From Acidobacteriota bacterium (GTDB lineage Bacteria > Acidobacteriota > UBA6911 > RPQK01 > JAJDTT01): a DNA stretch of 64,000 nucleotides. Shown piece after piece: positions 18,893 to 29,305 of the stretch. The stretch covers positions 5,376,001-5,440,000 of the forward strand of contig CBDCJH010000002.1 in the NCBI GenBank assembly GCA_965217775.1. The letters run 5' to 3'. Each line of letters starts with the position of its first letter. Position 1 is the stretch's first letter. The notes beneath the pieces were generated by a model. The model saw nothing but the letters and a program-made list of their open reading frames with translations, did not search any database and was not told where the DNA came from. The translations under genes and the position numbers were made by a program.

Positions 18893-20949
18893 TGAGGAGC
18901 TCCGCCGCCGAACGGGTGCGTAGCGACGATCTCGTTGCCCTGGGTTTGAAATCTCGAGAAGCCCGGAGGCTGGCGGCGGAGGTGAACCGTCTGTTGGACG
19001 TTTGCTCCTCCGCCGAATGCTGGCGGCGGATCAGTTGCGGTCTCCTGAGTCCGGCTCATCCGTTCCCGGTCCACCGGCTGCTGCACAGGACCGTGTTCCA
19101 CAACCAGCACGATATGGGCCCCGCGCCCATTTTCGTCCCGGCGCCGGATTCCATCCGGGAAACGAACCTGGCGCGAATCCAGGAGCAACTGGGTTTGGAA
19201 TCGTATGCCGAACTTCACTCTTGGACCGTAGAGAACCGCTCCGGGTACTGGGAAATGATGATCCGGCATCTGGGGATCCGGTTCCGGACGCCGCCGGTCC
19301 GGGTCCTGGATTCGACACCCGATGTGGAAAACGTGAGATGGCTGCCCGGCGCCAGACTGAACATTGCCGAAAGCTGCTTTGGCCGTGGATCGGAACCGGC
19401 CGTCGTTTATCGGAGGGAGGGGGCGCCCCTTTCCAGTCTGACTCGAAAGGGGTTGGACTCTCTCTCGAACCGCGTCGCCAACGCGCTTCCCCTGCTGGGA
19501 GTGGATCGTGGTGACACGGTTGCCATCGACATGCCCATGAACGTCGAAGCCGTGGCCATCTACCTGGGCGTCATCAAGGCGGGTTGTGTGGCGCTGACCA
19601 TAGCCGAGAGCTTTGCCGCACCGGAGGTCCGGACCCGGCTCAAGGTCGGAAAGGCCGAGGCCCTTTTTACTCAGGACCGGATTCTGCGCGGTTCCCGGGA
19701 GCTTCCCCTTTACGCCCGGATGATGGAGGCCGGCGCACCGGTGACGGTGGTGGTTCCGGCTCGGGGACGCCTCTCCGAGCCGCTGCGGGAGGGAGACCTG
19801 TCGTGGGACGATTTCCTGAGTGACAACGATGCTTTCCAGGCCGTGGCGTGCGATCCCGACGACGCCATCAACATTCTCTTCTCTTCGGGGACCACGGGCG
19901 AGCCCAAGGCCATTCCGTTCACCCACCTGACCCCCATCAAGTGCGCCGCCGACGGCTGTCTGCATCAGGACATTCGGGCGGGAGACGTGGTGGCATGGCC
20001 TACGAGCCTGGGATGGATGATGGGACCCTGGTTGATCTATGCTTCCCTCATCAATGGAGCCACCATCGCGCTCTTCGACGGCATTCCCACGTCCAGGTCG
20101 TTCTGCGAGTTCGTGCAGGATGCGAAAGTGAACGTTCTGGGGGTCGTGCCCACTTTGGTCGGGGCCTGGCGGGCCGGAGGCTGCGTGGAAGGACTCGACT
20201 GGTCCTCGGTCAGGGTCTTTACCTCCACGGGAGAATGCTCGAATCCCGACGACATGCTCTATCTGACCTCCAGGGCGGGGTACCGGCCGGTAGTCGAGTA
20301 CTGCGGCGGAACCGAGATCGGGGGCGCTTACATCACCGGCACCGTGGTGCAAACGTCGGTTGCCTCAGCCTTCTCGACGGCGGCTCTGGGCATGAGTCTG
20401 ACCATTCTGGATCGGCGTGGCGTCGAGTCCGATCAGGGTGAGATATTCATCGTTCCCCCCTCCATCGGGCTCTCCACGCGCCTGTTGAACCGGAACCACC
20501 ACCGGGAGTATTTCGCCGGAACGCCCCAGGGCCCGGGGGGGGGCCTGCTGCGCCGTCATGGAGATCGGATGAAGCGGCTCGACAACGGTTACTACCGGGC
20601 TCAGGGGCGGATGGACGACACCATGAACCTGGGCGGCATCAAGGTGGGGTCGGCAGAGATCGAAAGAGTCTTGAATCGGGTTCCGGGGATCGGTGAGACG
20701 GCGGCGGTGGCGGTCTCTCCTCCCGGTGGAGGCGCGACCCGGCTGGTGGTCTACGTCGTCCCGGCCGCGCCGGAACCGGAGTTCGACGAGCAGGAGCTCA
20801 AGGGAATCTTCCGGAAGGTGATCGCGGATCAGCTCAATCCCCTCTTCAGGTTGCACGACGTGAGGGTGGTCCACCAAATGCCCCGCACCGCCTCCAACAA
20901 AATCCTTCGGCGGCAACTGCGTTCCCGATATTCGGGACCGGACTCATGA
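18892..20949 (+). CDS. Acyl-activating (acyl-CoA synthetase family) enzyme, AAE17/18-like
   Basis: ILFSSGTTGEPK, YCGGTEIGG, GRMDDTMNLGGIK and PRTASNK motifs. Confidence 0.88.
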   Translation: MRSSAAERVRSDDLVALGLKSREARRLAAEVNRLLDVCSSAECWRRISCGLLSPAHPFPVHRLLHRTVFHNQHDMGPAPIFVPAPDSIRETNLARIQEQLGLESYAELHSWTVENRSGYWEMMIRHLGIRFRTPPVRVLDSTPDVENVRWLPGARLNIAESCFGRGSEPAVVYRREGAPLSSLTRKGLDSLSNRVANALPLLGVDRGDTVAIDMPMNVEAVAIYLGVIKAGCVALTIAESFAAPEVRTRLKVGKAEALFTQDRILRGSRELPLYARMMEAGAPVTVVVPARGRLSEPLREGDLSWDDFLSDNDAFQAVACDPDDAINILFSSGTTGEPKAIPFTHLTPIKCAADGCLHQDIRAGDVVAWPTSLGWMMGPWLIYASLINGATIALFDGIPTSRSFCEFVQDAKVNVLGVVPTLVGAWRAGGCVEGLDWSSVRVFTSTGECSNPDDMLYLTSRAGYRPVVEYCGGTEIGGAYITGTVVQTSVASAFSTAALGMSLTILDRRGVESDQGEIFIVPPSIGLSTRLLNRNHHREYFAGTPQGPGGGLLRRHGDRMKRLDNGYYRAQGRMDDTMNLGGIKVGSAEIERVLNRVPGIGETAAVAVSPPGGGATRLVVYVVPAAPEPEFDEQELKGIFRKVIADQLNPLFRLHDVRVVHQMPRTASNKILRRQLRSRYSGPDS

Positions 20950-20989
20950 TCAGGAATCGAGAGCTGCGGATGCAGGAGATCGGCCCATC

Positions 20990-22783
20990 ATGACCTTCGA
21001 GATCGCCTTCATGTTGGGGCTGATCGCCGTCGCTCTGGTGGTGTTCTCGCTGGAAATCTTTCCCATCGAGGTGACGGCGGTCGCTCTCCTGGGTGTCCTG
21101 TTGGTCACTGGAACCCTCACTGTGGAACAGGCCGTTTCGGGGTTCAGCAACAAGGCGGTGGTCACCATAGCCGCCATGTTCCTCCTGAGTCACGCCCTGG
21201 TGAAGACCGGTATTCTGGAGGTGGCCGCCGATCGGCTCAGCCGCCAGGTAGGGACCCGGAAATGGCTGGGAATGTGCATTTTCCTGGGCGTCGCCGGCAT
21301 TCTCTCCGGGTTTCTGAACAACACCGCGGTGGTGGCGGTCTTCATTCCCCTGGCCATCAACCTGTGCCGCCGCTTCCACCTGAGTCCCAGCAAAGCCCTG
21401 ATTCCTCTTTCCTTCGCCAGCATGGCCGGCGGAACCCTGACCCTGGTGGGGACGTCCACGAACCTGATCGTCAGCTCCGTCGCGGAGAAGGCCGGTCAGG
21501 CTTCTTTCGGAATGTTCGAGTTCTTTCCTCTGGGCATCTTGCTGTTGGGCGCCGGACTGATCTACGTCTGTCTCCTCTCCCGGCGCCTTCTCCCCTCCCG
21601 CTCCACTCCCGTCTCCCTTGCCGGGAACTACCACATGGGCGCCTACCTCACCGAAGTCCGGGTCCTGGAAAAGTCGAAGCTTGCCGGGAGAACCTGCCTG
21701 GAAGTCGGCATGAACAAGCGCTATGACATCACCGTGCTGTCGATCCTGAGAGGGGGGCAGCATGTCTCCCAGAACATTCGAAACGAGCGTCTCGGAGGCG
21801 GCGACATCCTTATCGTCCGCGGGACCATCGACAACATCTTCCGGCTGCGAAGGGAATTGGGGCTGGCCCTGCTCTCGGACATCAAGCTCAACGATCGGGA
21901 ATTGGCACGGGAAGGGCAGGTCATGGCCGAGGGCCTGGTCACCCGCACCAGCTCCCTGATCGGCAAGACTTTGAGGGAAGTCGACTTCCGCCAGCACTAT
22001 CGGGCTTTCGTGCTGGCCGTCCGGCGCCATGGGGAGATCTTGAGGGACAAGATTTCCTATATCCCCTTGCGATTTTCCGACACGTTGCTGATGCTGGCTT
22101 CGCCCGACAGGCTCGACGATCTTCGGCGTTCCGATGACCTCATCGTCATCTCCCAGGTCGATCTCCACATCAGGAGAGGCCGCCTGTGGTGGCTGGTCCT
22201 CGTCCTGATTCCAGTGATGGTGGTCCTGGCCGCCATCGGCGTGATGGAAATCCTGAAAGGGGCGTTCCTGGCGGTGGTGCTGCTCCTTTTTCTTTCCATT
22301 CTCTCTCCGCAGGAGGCCTACCGGTCCATCGACTGGTCGGTCGTGGTCCTGATCGCGTCATTGATCCCCGTGGGCGAAGCCATGATCGAAACCGGCACCG
22401 CCGGCTACATCGCCGACCAGATCCTGATTGTGGTCTCTTTCTTCGAGGGGTCGGACTTGGCCCCCTATGTGGGAGTGGCGCTGATCTATCTGGTCACCTG
22501 CGTCCTGACTCAGGTGGTGTCCAATGCGGCCACCGCGGTCTTGATGCCGCCGGTGGCTCTGAGCCTGGCTGCCGCCTTGGGCGTGGACGCGAGACCCTTT
22601 CTGATGGCGACCTGCTTCGCCGCATCGTCGGCGTTTCTCACTCCCATGGGCTACCAGACCAATCTCATGGTCTATGCTCCCGGCAACTACCGGTTCCTGG
22701 ACTACACTCGATTCGGTGGTCCCTTGAGTCTGGTCTTCTGGGTCATGGCGACCGTGTTCATTCCCCGATTCTGGCCGTTTTAA
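20990..22783 (+). CDS. SLC13 family permease with two TrkA-C domains
   Basis: SGFLNNT, GGTLTLVGTSTN and TPMGYQTN motifs; central soluble domains. Confidence 0.9.
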   Translation: MTFEIAFMLGLIAVALVVFSLEIFPIEVTAVALLGVLLVTGTLTVEQAVSGFSNKAVVTIAAMFLLSHALVKTGILEVAADRLSRQVGTRKWLGMCIFLGVAGILSGFLNNTAVVAVFIPLAINLCRRFHLSPSKALIPLSFASMAGGTLTLVGTSTNLIVSSVAEKAGQASFGMFEFFPLGILLLGAGLIYVCLLSRRLLPSRSTPVSLAGNYHMGAYLTEVRVLEKSKLAGRTCLEVGMNKRYDITVLSILRGGQHVSQNIRNERLGGGDILIVRGTIDNIFRLRRELGLALLSDIKLNDRELAREGQVMAEGLVTRTSSLIGKTLREVDFRQHYRAFVLAVRRHGEILRDKISYIPLRFSDTLLMLASPDRLDDLRRSDDLIVISQVDLHIRRGRLWWLVLVLIPVMVVLAAIGVMEILKGAFLAVVLLLFLSILSPQEAYRSIDWSVVVLIASLIPVGEAMIETGTAGYIADQILIVVSFFEGSDLAPYVGVALIYLVTCVLTQVVSNAATAVLMPPVALSLAAALGVDARPFLMATCFAASSAFLTPMGYQTNLMVYAPGNYRFLDYTRFGGPLSLVFWVMATVFIPRFWPF

Positions 22784-22805
22784 GTCACTCTTCCGGAGGT
22801 CCTCA

Positions 22806-25073
22806 ATGCGCGTCTGTAGAAACTGTGGTGTCGTATTTCTGGTCCTGTGGTGCGGCTGGCCTGCGGTGGAGAGCGCGCCGGAGAATCCTCCCGGGATGTT
22901 GGGTTTCTCCCCCGGTGCGGTCGAGGAGCAGCGGCGCCTCGAATCGAAGTTGGACGCTTCCCTGGACCCGGCGCAGATTGGAGACTGGATCCGAAGACTC
23001 AGTTCCCGCCCGCATCATCCGGGCTCCCCCAAGGGGCGGGAAAACGCCCAATTCATGGTTTCCCTGTTTCGCTCCTGGGGATATGAGAGCTGGTTGGACG
23101 AATACCGGATCCTCTTTCCGACACCCAAGCTTCGGCTGTTGGAAATGCTGGAGCCCGAGCCTTTCCGGGCCCGCCTGATCGAACCCGCGCTGGCCGGGGA
23201 TTCCACGTCTGGCCAGACCTCGGAACTGTTGCCCGCCTACAACGCCTACTCGCCGGACGGGGAGGCGACCGGTCAACTGGTCTACGTCAATTACGGGATA
23301 CCGGCCGATTACGAGCAGTTGGAGCGCCGAGGCATCCAGGTCAAGGACCGGATCGTCATTGCCCGCTACGGTGGTTCCTGGAGGGGGCTCAAGCCCAAGC
23401 TGGCAGCCGCGCGGGGGGCGCTGGCCTGCATCATCTATTCCGACCCCAAAGACGACGGATACTTCCAGGGTGACGCCTATCCAGCGGGTCCGTTTCGCAG
23501 CGAAGATGGAGTGGAGAGGGGATCGGTGCTCGACATGCCGATCCATCCCGGCGATCCATTGACCCCCTTCACGGCGGCGACCGAGGACGCCGGCAGATTG
23601 TCCCGAAGCGAAGCGCCCACCCTGCCTCGAATTCCGGTCCTCCCCATCTCCCATGAAGACGCCCTGCCCCTGCTCAGTGCCCTGAAGGGTCCGGTGGCGC
23701 CCCCTCACTGGCGCGGAGCTCTGCCCATCACCTACCACCTGGGTCCGGGTCCGGCCACGGTGCGCCTCAGGCTGGAGTTCAACTGGGACCTGGTTCCCGC
23801 CTACAACGTCATCGCCAAGCTGGAAGGCCGGGAAGAGCCGGATCAGTGGATCCTCCGCGGAAACCATCATGACGCCTGGGTCCACGGCGCCAGGGACCCG
23901 GTGAGCGGCGTGGCCGCCATGCTGGCCGAGGCCCGAGCGGTGGCCCGCCTGACCGAAGACGGGTGGCGTCCTCGCCGCAGCATCGTCTACGCCGCCTGGG
24001 ATGCCGAGGAGCCGGGTCTGATAGGTTCCACCGAGTGGGTCGAAGAGTACGCCGCGGAGTTGAAGCAGAAGGCCGTCGTCTACGTGAACAGCGACTCCAA
24101 CGGCCGTGGTTTCCTGAGTGCCGGAGGCTCCCACAGCCTGGAGACGCTGGTCAACCAGGTCGCGAGGGACGTCGATGATCCCCAGACGGACCTGAGCGTC
24201 CTGCAGCGTTCCCTGGCTCGGCGAACGGTCTCCATCGATCCGCTGCCGCTGGCACCGGTGGAGCGGGTGAAGCTGGGAGCCTTGGGATCGGGTTCCGACT
24301 ACACTCCGTTTCTCCAGCACCTGGGAGTCGCCAGCCTCAATCTGGCTTTCGGTGGCGAGTCCCCCCAGGGCTCCTATCATTCCCTCTACGACTCCTTCGA
24401 CCACTACCGCCGGTTCATGGATCCGGGATACCGCTACGGCGTCGTCCTGGCCCAGGTGGCCGGCAGAACCGTGCTTCGGCTGGCCAACGCCGAGGTGCTG
24501 CCGTTGGAGTTCACTCGTCTGGCCGCCACTCTGGAGGGTTATCTGACGGAGGTGTTGGATCTGACCGACGAAATGCGCCGCGGAACCGAAGCCCTGAACC
24601 GTTGGATTCGGCGCGGATACCTGAAGGCGGCATCGGATCCGACCCGGACCTACGTGGCTCCGGCGCCTCAGGACGCGGTTCCGTTCTTCAACTTCGCGCC
24701 GCTTCGAAATGCCATGGCGGGACTTCAGGCCAGCGCCCGCAAATATGCCGAGGCTTACGGCCGGTTCACGTCCGCAGGCAGGCTGCCGGAGGCGGAACGG
24801 TTGAAGCTGAATCGGATCCTGATGGGACTGGAGCAGAAGTTCGCACACCCGGAAGGGCTGCCGGGGCGCCCCTGGTACCGGCACCACATCTATGCGCCGG
24901 GCTTCTACACCGGCTACGGCGTCAAGACCCTGCCCGGAGTCCGCGAGGCCATCGAGCAACGGAAATGGGAACAGGTCGAGGCCCAGATCGAACGGGCGGC
25001 CGGCTTGATCCGGGCCTTCTCCGGCGAGGTCGAGCGGGCGGCTCGTTTGCTGGCGTCAGGTCCTTCACGCTAA
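22806..25073 (+). CDS. M28 glutamate carboxypeptidase II-like peptidase (PA and TfR dimer domains)
   Basis: GNHHDAWV.GA.DP.SG, WDAEE.GLIGSTEW, GSGSDY and YHSLYD motifs. Confidence 0.92.
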   Translation: MRVCRNCGVVFLVLWCGWPAVESAPENPPGMLGFSPGAVEEQRRLESKLDASLDPAQIGDWIRRLSSRPHHPGSPKGRENAQFMVSLFRSWGYESWLDEYRILFPTPKLRLLEMLEPEPFRARLIEPALAGDSTSGQTSELLPAYNAYSPDGEATGQLVYVNYGIPADYEQLERRGIQVKDRIVIARYGGSWRGLKPKLAAARGALACIIYSDPKDDGYFQGDAYPAGPFRSEDGVERGSVLDMPIHPGDPLTPFTAATEDAGRLSRSEAPTLPRIPVLPISHEDALPLLSALKGPVAPPHWRGALPITYHLGPGPATVRLRLEFNWDLVPAYNVIAKLEGREEPDQWILRGNHHDAWVHGARDPVSGVAAMLAEARAVARLTEDGWRPRRSIVYAAWDAEEPGLIGSTEWVEEYAAELKQKAVVYVNSDSNGRGFLSAGGSHSLETLVNQVARDVDDPQTDLSVLQRSLARRTVSIDPLPLAPVERVKLGALGSGSDYTPFLQHLGVASLNLAFGGESPQGSYHSLYDSFDHYRRFMDPGYRYGVVLAQVAGRTVLRLANAEVLPLEFTRLAATLEGYLTEVLDLTDEMRRGTEALNRWIRRGYLKAASDPTRTYVAPAPQDAVPFFNFAPLRNAMAGLQASARKYAEAYGRFTSAGRLPEAERLKLNRILMGLEQKFAHPEGLPGRPWYRHHIYAPGFYTGYGVKTLPGVREAIEQRKWEQVEAQIERAAGLIRAFSGEVERAARLLASGPSR

Positions 25074-26438
25074 AACGTCAAAGAGGACCTTGCCTCCCAC
25101 GTCGGTGAGGCGAAAATCCCTCCCGCTGTAACGATAGGTCAGGCGGGTGTGGTCCAAACCCATGAGATGCAGAACCGTGGCGTGCAGGTCGTTGGGATGG
25201 ACCGGGTTTTCCACCGCCTTGTATCCGAAATCGTCGGTGGCGCCGTAGGTGCAGCCGCCTCGAATTCCACCTCCGGCCAGGAGCGTGCTGTAGCCGTACA
25301 CGTTGTGATCCCGGCCCTTTCCGATCATCTCCAGGCCGCTGTTCTGGATCATGGGAGTGCGGCCGAACTCGCTGCCGACGATGACCAGGGTCTCCTCGAA
25401 CAGGCCGCGTGACTTCAGGTCCTGGATCATGGCGGCGATGGGCTGGTCGGCCACCTGAGCGTGACGGCGGTGGTCCTGGATGTCGTCATGGCTGTCCCAA
25501 GGCTGGGAGCTTCCATAGAAGACCTGGACCATTCGAACCCCCTGCTCCACCAGCCGAAGGGCCATGAGGCAACCGCGGCCGAAGTCGCTGTCGCCGTACC
25601 GGGAGCGCGTGGACTCCGTTTCCCTGGTGATGTCGAAAACGTGGGGCACTTCCATCTGCATCCGGAAGGCCACTTCCATGGCGGCGATGCCGGACTCCAG
25701 TTCCGGCTGGTGACCCAGACGTCCCAGATAGGAGCGGTTGAGCCGCTCCAGAAGGGCCAGTTGCCGTTCCTGCTCTCCCGGGAGCAACCTCTGATTGCGA
25801 ACGTTCCGGACCAGTTTCTCCGGTGACGTCTCGCTGTTGCGAACGTGGGTCCCCTGGTAGGTGTTGGGCAGGAAGCCGGAAGACCAGAGGGGAGGACCCA
25901 CGATCGGATAGCCGGGACACAACACCACGAACCCAGGCAGATTCTCGTTCTCGGAGCCCAGTCCGTAAGTGATCCACGAACCCATGGAGGGGTGACCGGG
26001 AAGCTGGTGTCCACAACTCATGAGGAGGAGGGAGGGCTCGTGATTCCCGATGTCCGAATGCATGGAGCGGATGACGCAGAAATCGTCGATGGAATCGCCC
26101 ACTCGCGGGAAGATCTCCGAGACCGGAATTCCACTCTCGCCGCAGCGGCGAAATCCAAAGGGAGATCTCATCAGGGTGCCCGAGGCCCGGTCGGTCCTGA
26201 CCTTGGGGCCGGGAAGCGGTTCGCCGTGGTGGCGAGCCAGCGCCGGTTTGGGATCGAAGGTGTCGACCTGGGAAAGACCGCCATTGAGGAAGAGAAAGAT
26301 GACGTGCTTGGCCCGGGGCGGGAAATGAGGATTCCGAAGGGGCAGAGGCTGGTCTCGGGATGTTTCCGCCAGCAGGCTGGACATTCCCACCGTACCGAAC
26401 CCGGTCCCCATGAGAGACAGCATTTCACGTCGGTTCAT
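25065..26438 (-). CDS. DUF1501 domain protein (Tat-like N-terminus)
   Basis: MNRREML, AKHVIFLFLNGG.SQVDTFDPKP, EFGRTP and GRDHN motifs. Confidence 0.92.
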   Translation of the reverse strand: MNRREMLSLMGTGFGTVGMSSLLAETSRDQPLPLRNPHFPPRAKHVIFLFLNGGLSQVDTFDPKPALARHHGEPLPGPKVRTDRASGTLMRSPFGFRRCGESGIPVSEIFPRVGDSIDDFCVIRSMHSDIGNHEPSLLLMSCGHQLPGHPSMGSWITYGLGSENENLPGFVVLCPGYPIVGPPLWSSGFLPNTYQGTHVRNSETSPEKLVRNVRNQRLLPGEQERQLALLERLNRSYLGRLGHQPELESGIAAMEVAFRMQMEVPHVFDITRETESTRSRYGDSDFGRGCLMALRLVEQGVRMVQVFYGSSQPWDSHDDIQDHRRHAQVADQPIAAMIQDLKSRGLFEETLVIVGSEFGRTPMIQNSGLEMIGKGRDHNVYGYSTLLAGGGIRGGCTYGATDDFGYKAVENPVHPNDLHATVLHLMGLDHTRLTYRYSGRDFRLTDVGGKVLFDVLA

Positions 26439-26483
26439 TTCGGGCTCCTCTCACTCCAACAATACAAGAATCTTCCCGGATCG

Positions 26484-29183
26484 TCAGTTCACCGAACTGA
26501 ACTCGCTGGACGCCAGCAACATCTGAGCGTATTTGGGCCAGGGATTTTCTTCTCCCTGCAGATATTCGAGACCCATGCGGATCTCGGCCGGTTCCGGGGG
26601 GCGGCCGTACAACAGGGTGTAGGCCCGCCGGATCCGGGCTCGGCCGTCTTGGGGAGACTCTCTGGCCAGGCGCCTGGCCAGGGCTTCCGCCTGCTCCATG
26701 ACGAAGGGGCTGTTCAGGAAGAAGAGCCTCTGCATGGGGCCGACGGTGACGGTTCGTCGATCGCTGTGGGCATTGGGGTCGGGAAAATCGAACAGGGCCA
26801 TGGTTCGGTCGGGCTGAGTCCGGCTGACGGTGGCGTAAAGGGCGCGGCGCCGGTGCTTTTCGTCCAGCGGCGTCGGAGACCCGCCCAGCTTCCGTTCCAG
26901 TTTCCCCGAGACGGCCAGAATCGTATCCCGCAAGGTTTCCGCATCCAGTCTCGGGACCGGGTTCATCCGCCACAGCAGCCGGTTCTGCGGATCCTGCTCG
27001 AAGTTCTCCTGCCGGTGCCGGCTGCTCAGAGCATAGGTGGCCGACAGCATGATTTCCCGGTGGAGCTGTTTGACGGACCATCCGCTTCCAATGAAACGCG
27101 CCGCCAGATAGTCCAGCAGCCGGGGATGGCTGGCCGGTTCTCCCAATCTCCCCAGATTGCTTGGCGTCGGGATGATCCCCCTTCCAAAGTGGTGCTGCCA
27201 GATCCGATTGACCATGACTCGCGCGGTCAGGGGATTCCGGGAATCGGCAATGGCCTTCGCCAACTCCAGGCGGCCACTGCCTCCGGTGAAGCTCTTGGGT
27301 GTCCCGTCGCTCAGAATGTGGAGGAATCGTCTGGGAGCCACCTCCCCCAGGTTCTTCCTGTCCCCTCGGATGGCGACCCGGAGATCCTTCGGTTTCTCCT
27401 GATCCTGAAAGCTGTGGAGGAAGGGATAGGGCTCGGGTCCCGACTCCTCCAGATGCTTCAGCTCGCCGCGCATCCGGTCCAGGTGACCTTTCCAGACGGG
27501 GCTGAGAAAGCGATCGATCTCCAGCCCTTCTTCCGCGCCGTAGTAGAAAACTCCACCCGGGTACCTGAAGCTCCCTCTGGGATGGGGCTCCGACGCCAAA
27601 TCTCTCCACAGGTACCACTTCTCCAGGTCGAGGAACTCCAGGTTGGTGAATTGACGGGTGCCCTGGTCGGCGACCCCTTTGGCCCCGCCCAACTTCACGT
27701 AGTTCCGATCCTCGATGGCCTTCTTCTCGGAGTGGACGGCCAACACCACGTCCTGAAAGCGGAGTGAGAGATCGTTCACCTGCTGCTGGATTCCTCCCTG
27801 GCTCCTCAGCTCTTCCCATTCGCGGAGGTACGGGTGTTCCAGGTCCGATCGCTCCAGGTACTTGACCCAGCGCTCCAGGACCTCCGAGTCGAGATCCGCC
27901 GGCGGCGTCTGCGGATTCCCGTTCATCGCCTTCCAGGCGGCCACCAGGTAGTCGGAGGTCTGTCCCATCAGGATTTCCGTAAGTTGTTCCGTCTGGGCCT
28001 TGATGAAGGCCTGGATTGCCTCCTTCTGGGTGTTGATCCGCTCCTGGCTCTGCTTGTAGGCCTGGACTATGGAGTCGGCCACCAGGGGGTGTTCCGCGGC
28101 TTTGCTGCTGGTGAACACACCCTTCAGGGAATAGAAGTCCTGGGTGGGGATGGGATCGTACTTGTGGTCGTGACACCGGGCGCAGCCCACGGTCAGTCCC
28201 AGAAAAGTTCGGGCCGTGACGTCCACCAGGTCGTCCAGGTTGGGCGCGATGACGAGGAAGCCCAGGCCCGGTAGCAATTTCTCCCCGACTTCGGGCGGCA
28301 GTTGATCGGCCGCCACCTGGGCCAGGATGAATTGATCGTAGGGCAGATCCCGGTTGAAAGCCTCGACCACCCAATCCCGATAGCGGAAGGCGTTGGGATA
28401 GGGAGTGTCCGTCCGGGCTCCCAATCTGCCGTCGGAATACCGGGCGAGGTCCAGCCAGTGCCGGCCCCAACGTTCGCCGTAGTGCCGGGAGCCGAGGAGC
28501 CGCTCCACGACCCGGGAAAAGGCGTCCGGGGAAGTGTCGCCGACGAAGGCCTCCACCTCTTCGGGCCTGGGCGGCAGTCCGATCAGGTCGAAGCTGGCTC
28601 TCCGGATGAGAGTTCTCCTGTCGGCGGACCCGACGGGAGCCAGACCCTCTTTTTCCAGTCTGTCCAGGACAAAATAATCGATGGGGCTTCGAGGCCAGGA
28701 GGTGTCGGTCACCGAGGGAGGATTCGTCACCTGAAGTGGCCGGAGCGACCAGAAGGCGCGCTGTTCGGGGGTGACGGTGTAAGTGGCGGCCGGCGCCGAG
28801 GCGATCAGCTTGTCTCCGGTATCCGGCCAGACGGCTCCGGCGTCGATCCAATTGCGTAGATCCTCGATCTTCCGGTCGTCGAGTTTCCCCTGAGGAGGCA
28901 TCTGCAGCCGTTCATGGGTGTGGGAGACGACCCGGATCAGGAGGCTGCCGGCAGAATTTCCCGGCCGGATGGCCGGTCCCGAGCTTCCGCCGCGAACCAG
29001 CTCCTCCCTCGAATCCAGTCGAAGATCTCCCTTTCGGGCGCTGGTATGACAGGCATGGCAGTTTTCGGCCAACAGGGGCCGAATGCGCATTTCGAAGAAC
29101 TCGGCGGTGGCCGGATCGGTGCTGAACAGAGTCGATGCCAGACCCGTCAAAGCCCCGATTGCCAGTAAGACCCGTCTGATCAT
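26484..29183 (-). CDS. PSD1 / planctomycete cytochrome c (DUF1549/DUF1553) protein
   Basis: CHACH and CARCHDHKYD heme-type motifs, YGERWGRHWLD, NPLTARV.VNR.WQ. Confidence 0.92.
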   Translation of the reverse strand: MIRRVLLAIGALTGLASTLFSTDPATAEFFEMRIRPLLAENCHACHTSARKGDLRLDSREELVRGGSSGPAIRPGNSAGSLLIRVVSHTHERLQMPPQGKLDDRKIEDLRNWIDAGAVWPDTGDKLIASAPAATYTVTPEQRAFWSLRPLQVTNPPSVTDTSWPRSPIDYFVLDRLEKEGLAPVGSADRRTLIRRASFDLIGLPPRPEEVEAFVGDTSPDAFSRVVERLLGSRHYGERWGRHWLDLARYSDGRLGARTDTPYPNAFRYRDWVVEAFNRDLPYDQFILAQVAADQLPPEVGEKLLPGLGFLVIAPNLDDLVDVTARTFLGLTVGCARCHDHKYDPIPTQDFYSLKGVFTSSKAAEHPLVADSIVQAYKQSQERINTQKEAIQAFIKAQTEQLTEILMGQTSDYLVAAWKAMNGNPQTPPADLDSEVLERWVKYLERSDLEHPYLREWEELRSQGGIQQQVNDLSLRFQDVVLAVHSEKKAIEDRNYVKLGGAKGVADQGTRQFTNLEFLDLEKWYLWRDLASEPHPRGSFRYPGGVFYYGAEEGLEIDRFLSPVWKGHLDRMRGELKHLEESGPEPYPFLHSFQDQEKPKDLRVAIRGDRKNLGEVAPRRFLHILSDGTPKSFTGGSGRLELAKAIADSRNPLTARVMVNRIWQHHFGRGIIPTPSNLGRLGEPASHPRLLDYLAARFIGSGWSVKQLHREIMLSATYALSSRHRQENFEQDPQNRLLWRMNPVPRLDAETLRDTILAVSGKLERKLGGSPTPLDEKHRRRALYATVSRTQPDRTMALFDFPDPNAHSDRRTVTVGPMQRLFFLNSPFVMEQAEALARRLARESPQDGRARIRRAYTLLYGRPPEPAEIRMGLEYLQGEENPWPKYAQMLLASSEFSSVN

Positions 29184-29305
29184 GGGTTTGGAGGCAAAGT
29201 TACCAATGCCCTGGAGAGCCTGTCAACGGTCGGCGAGAAGCGAAATGTGACGGTGAAGCAGGCTGGGAACGACCATTTGAGTCGTCCGGACCCGTTATGG
29301 CCGGG

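Noticed and set aside
25065-29183. DUF1501 plus PSD1 cytochrome pair as novel
   Set aside because: Common paralogous pair in Planctomycetota and Acidobacteriota; function unknown but already described.
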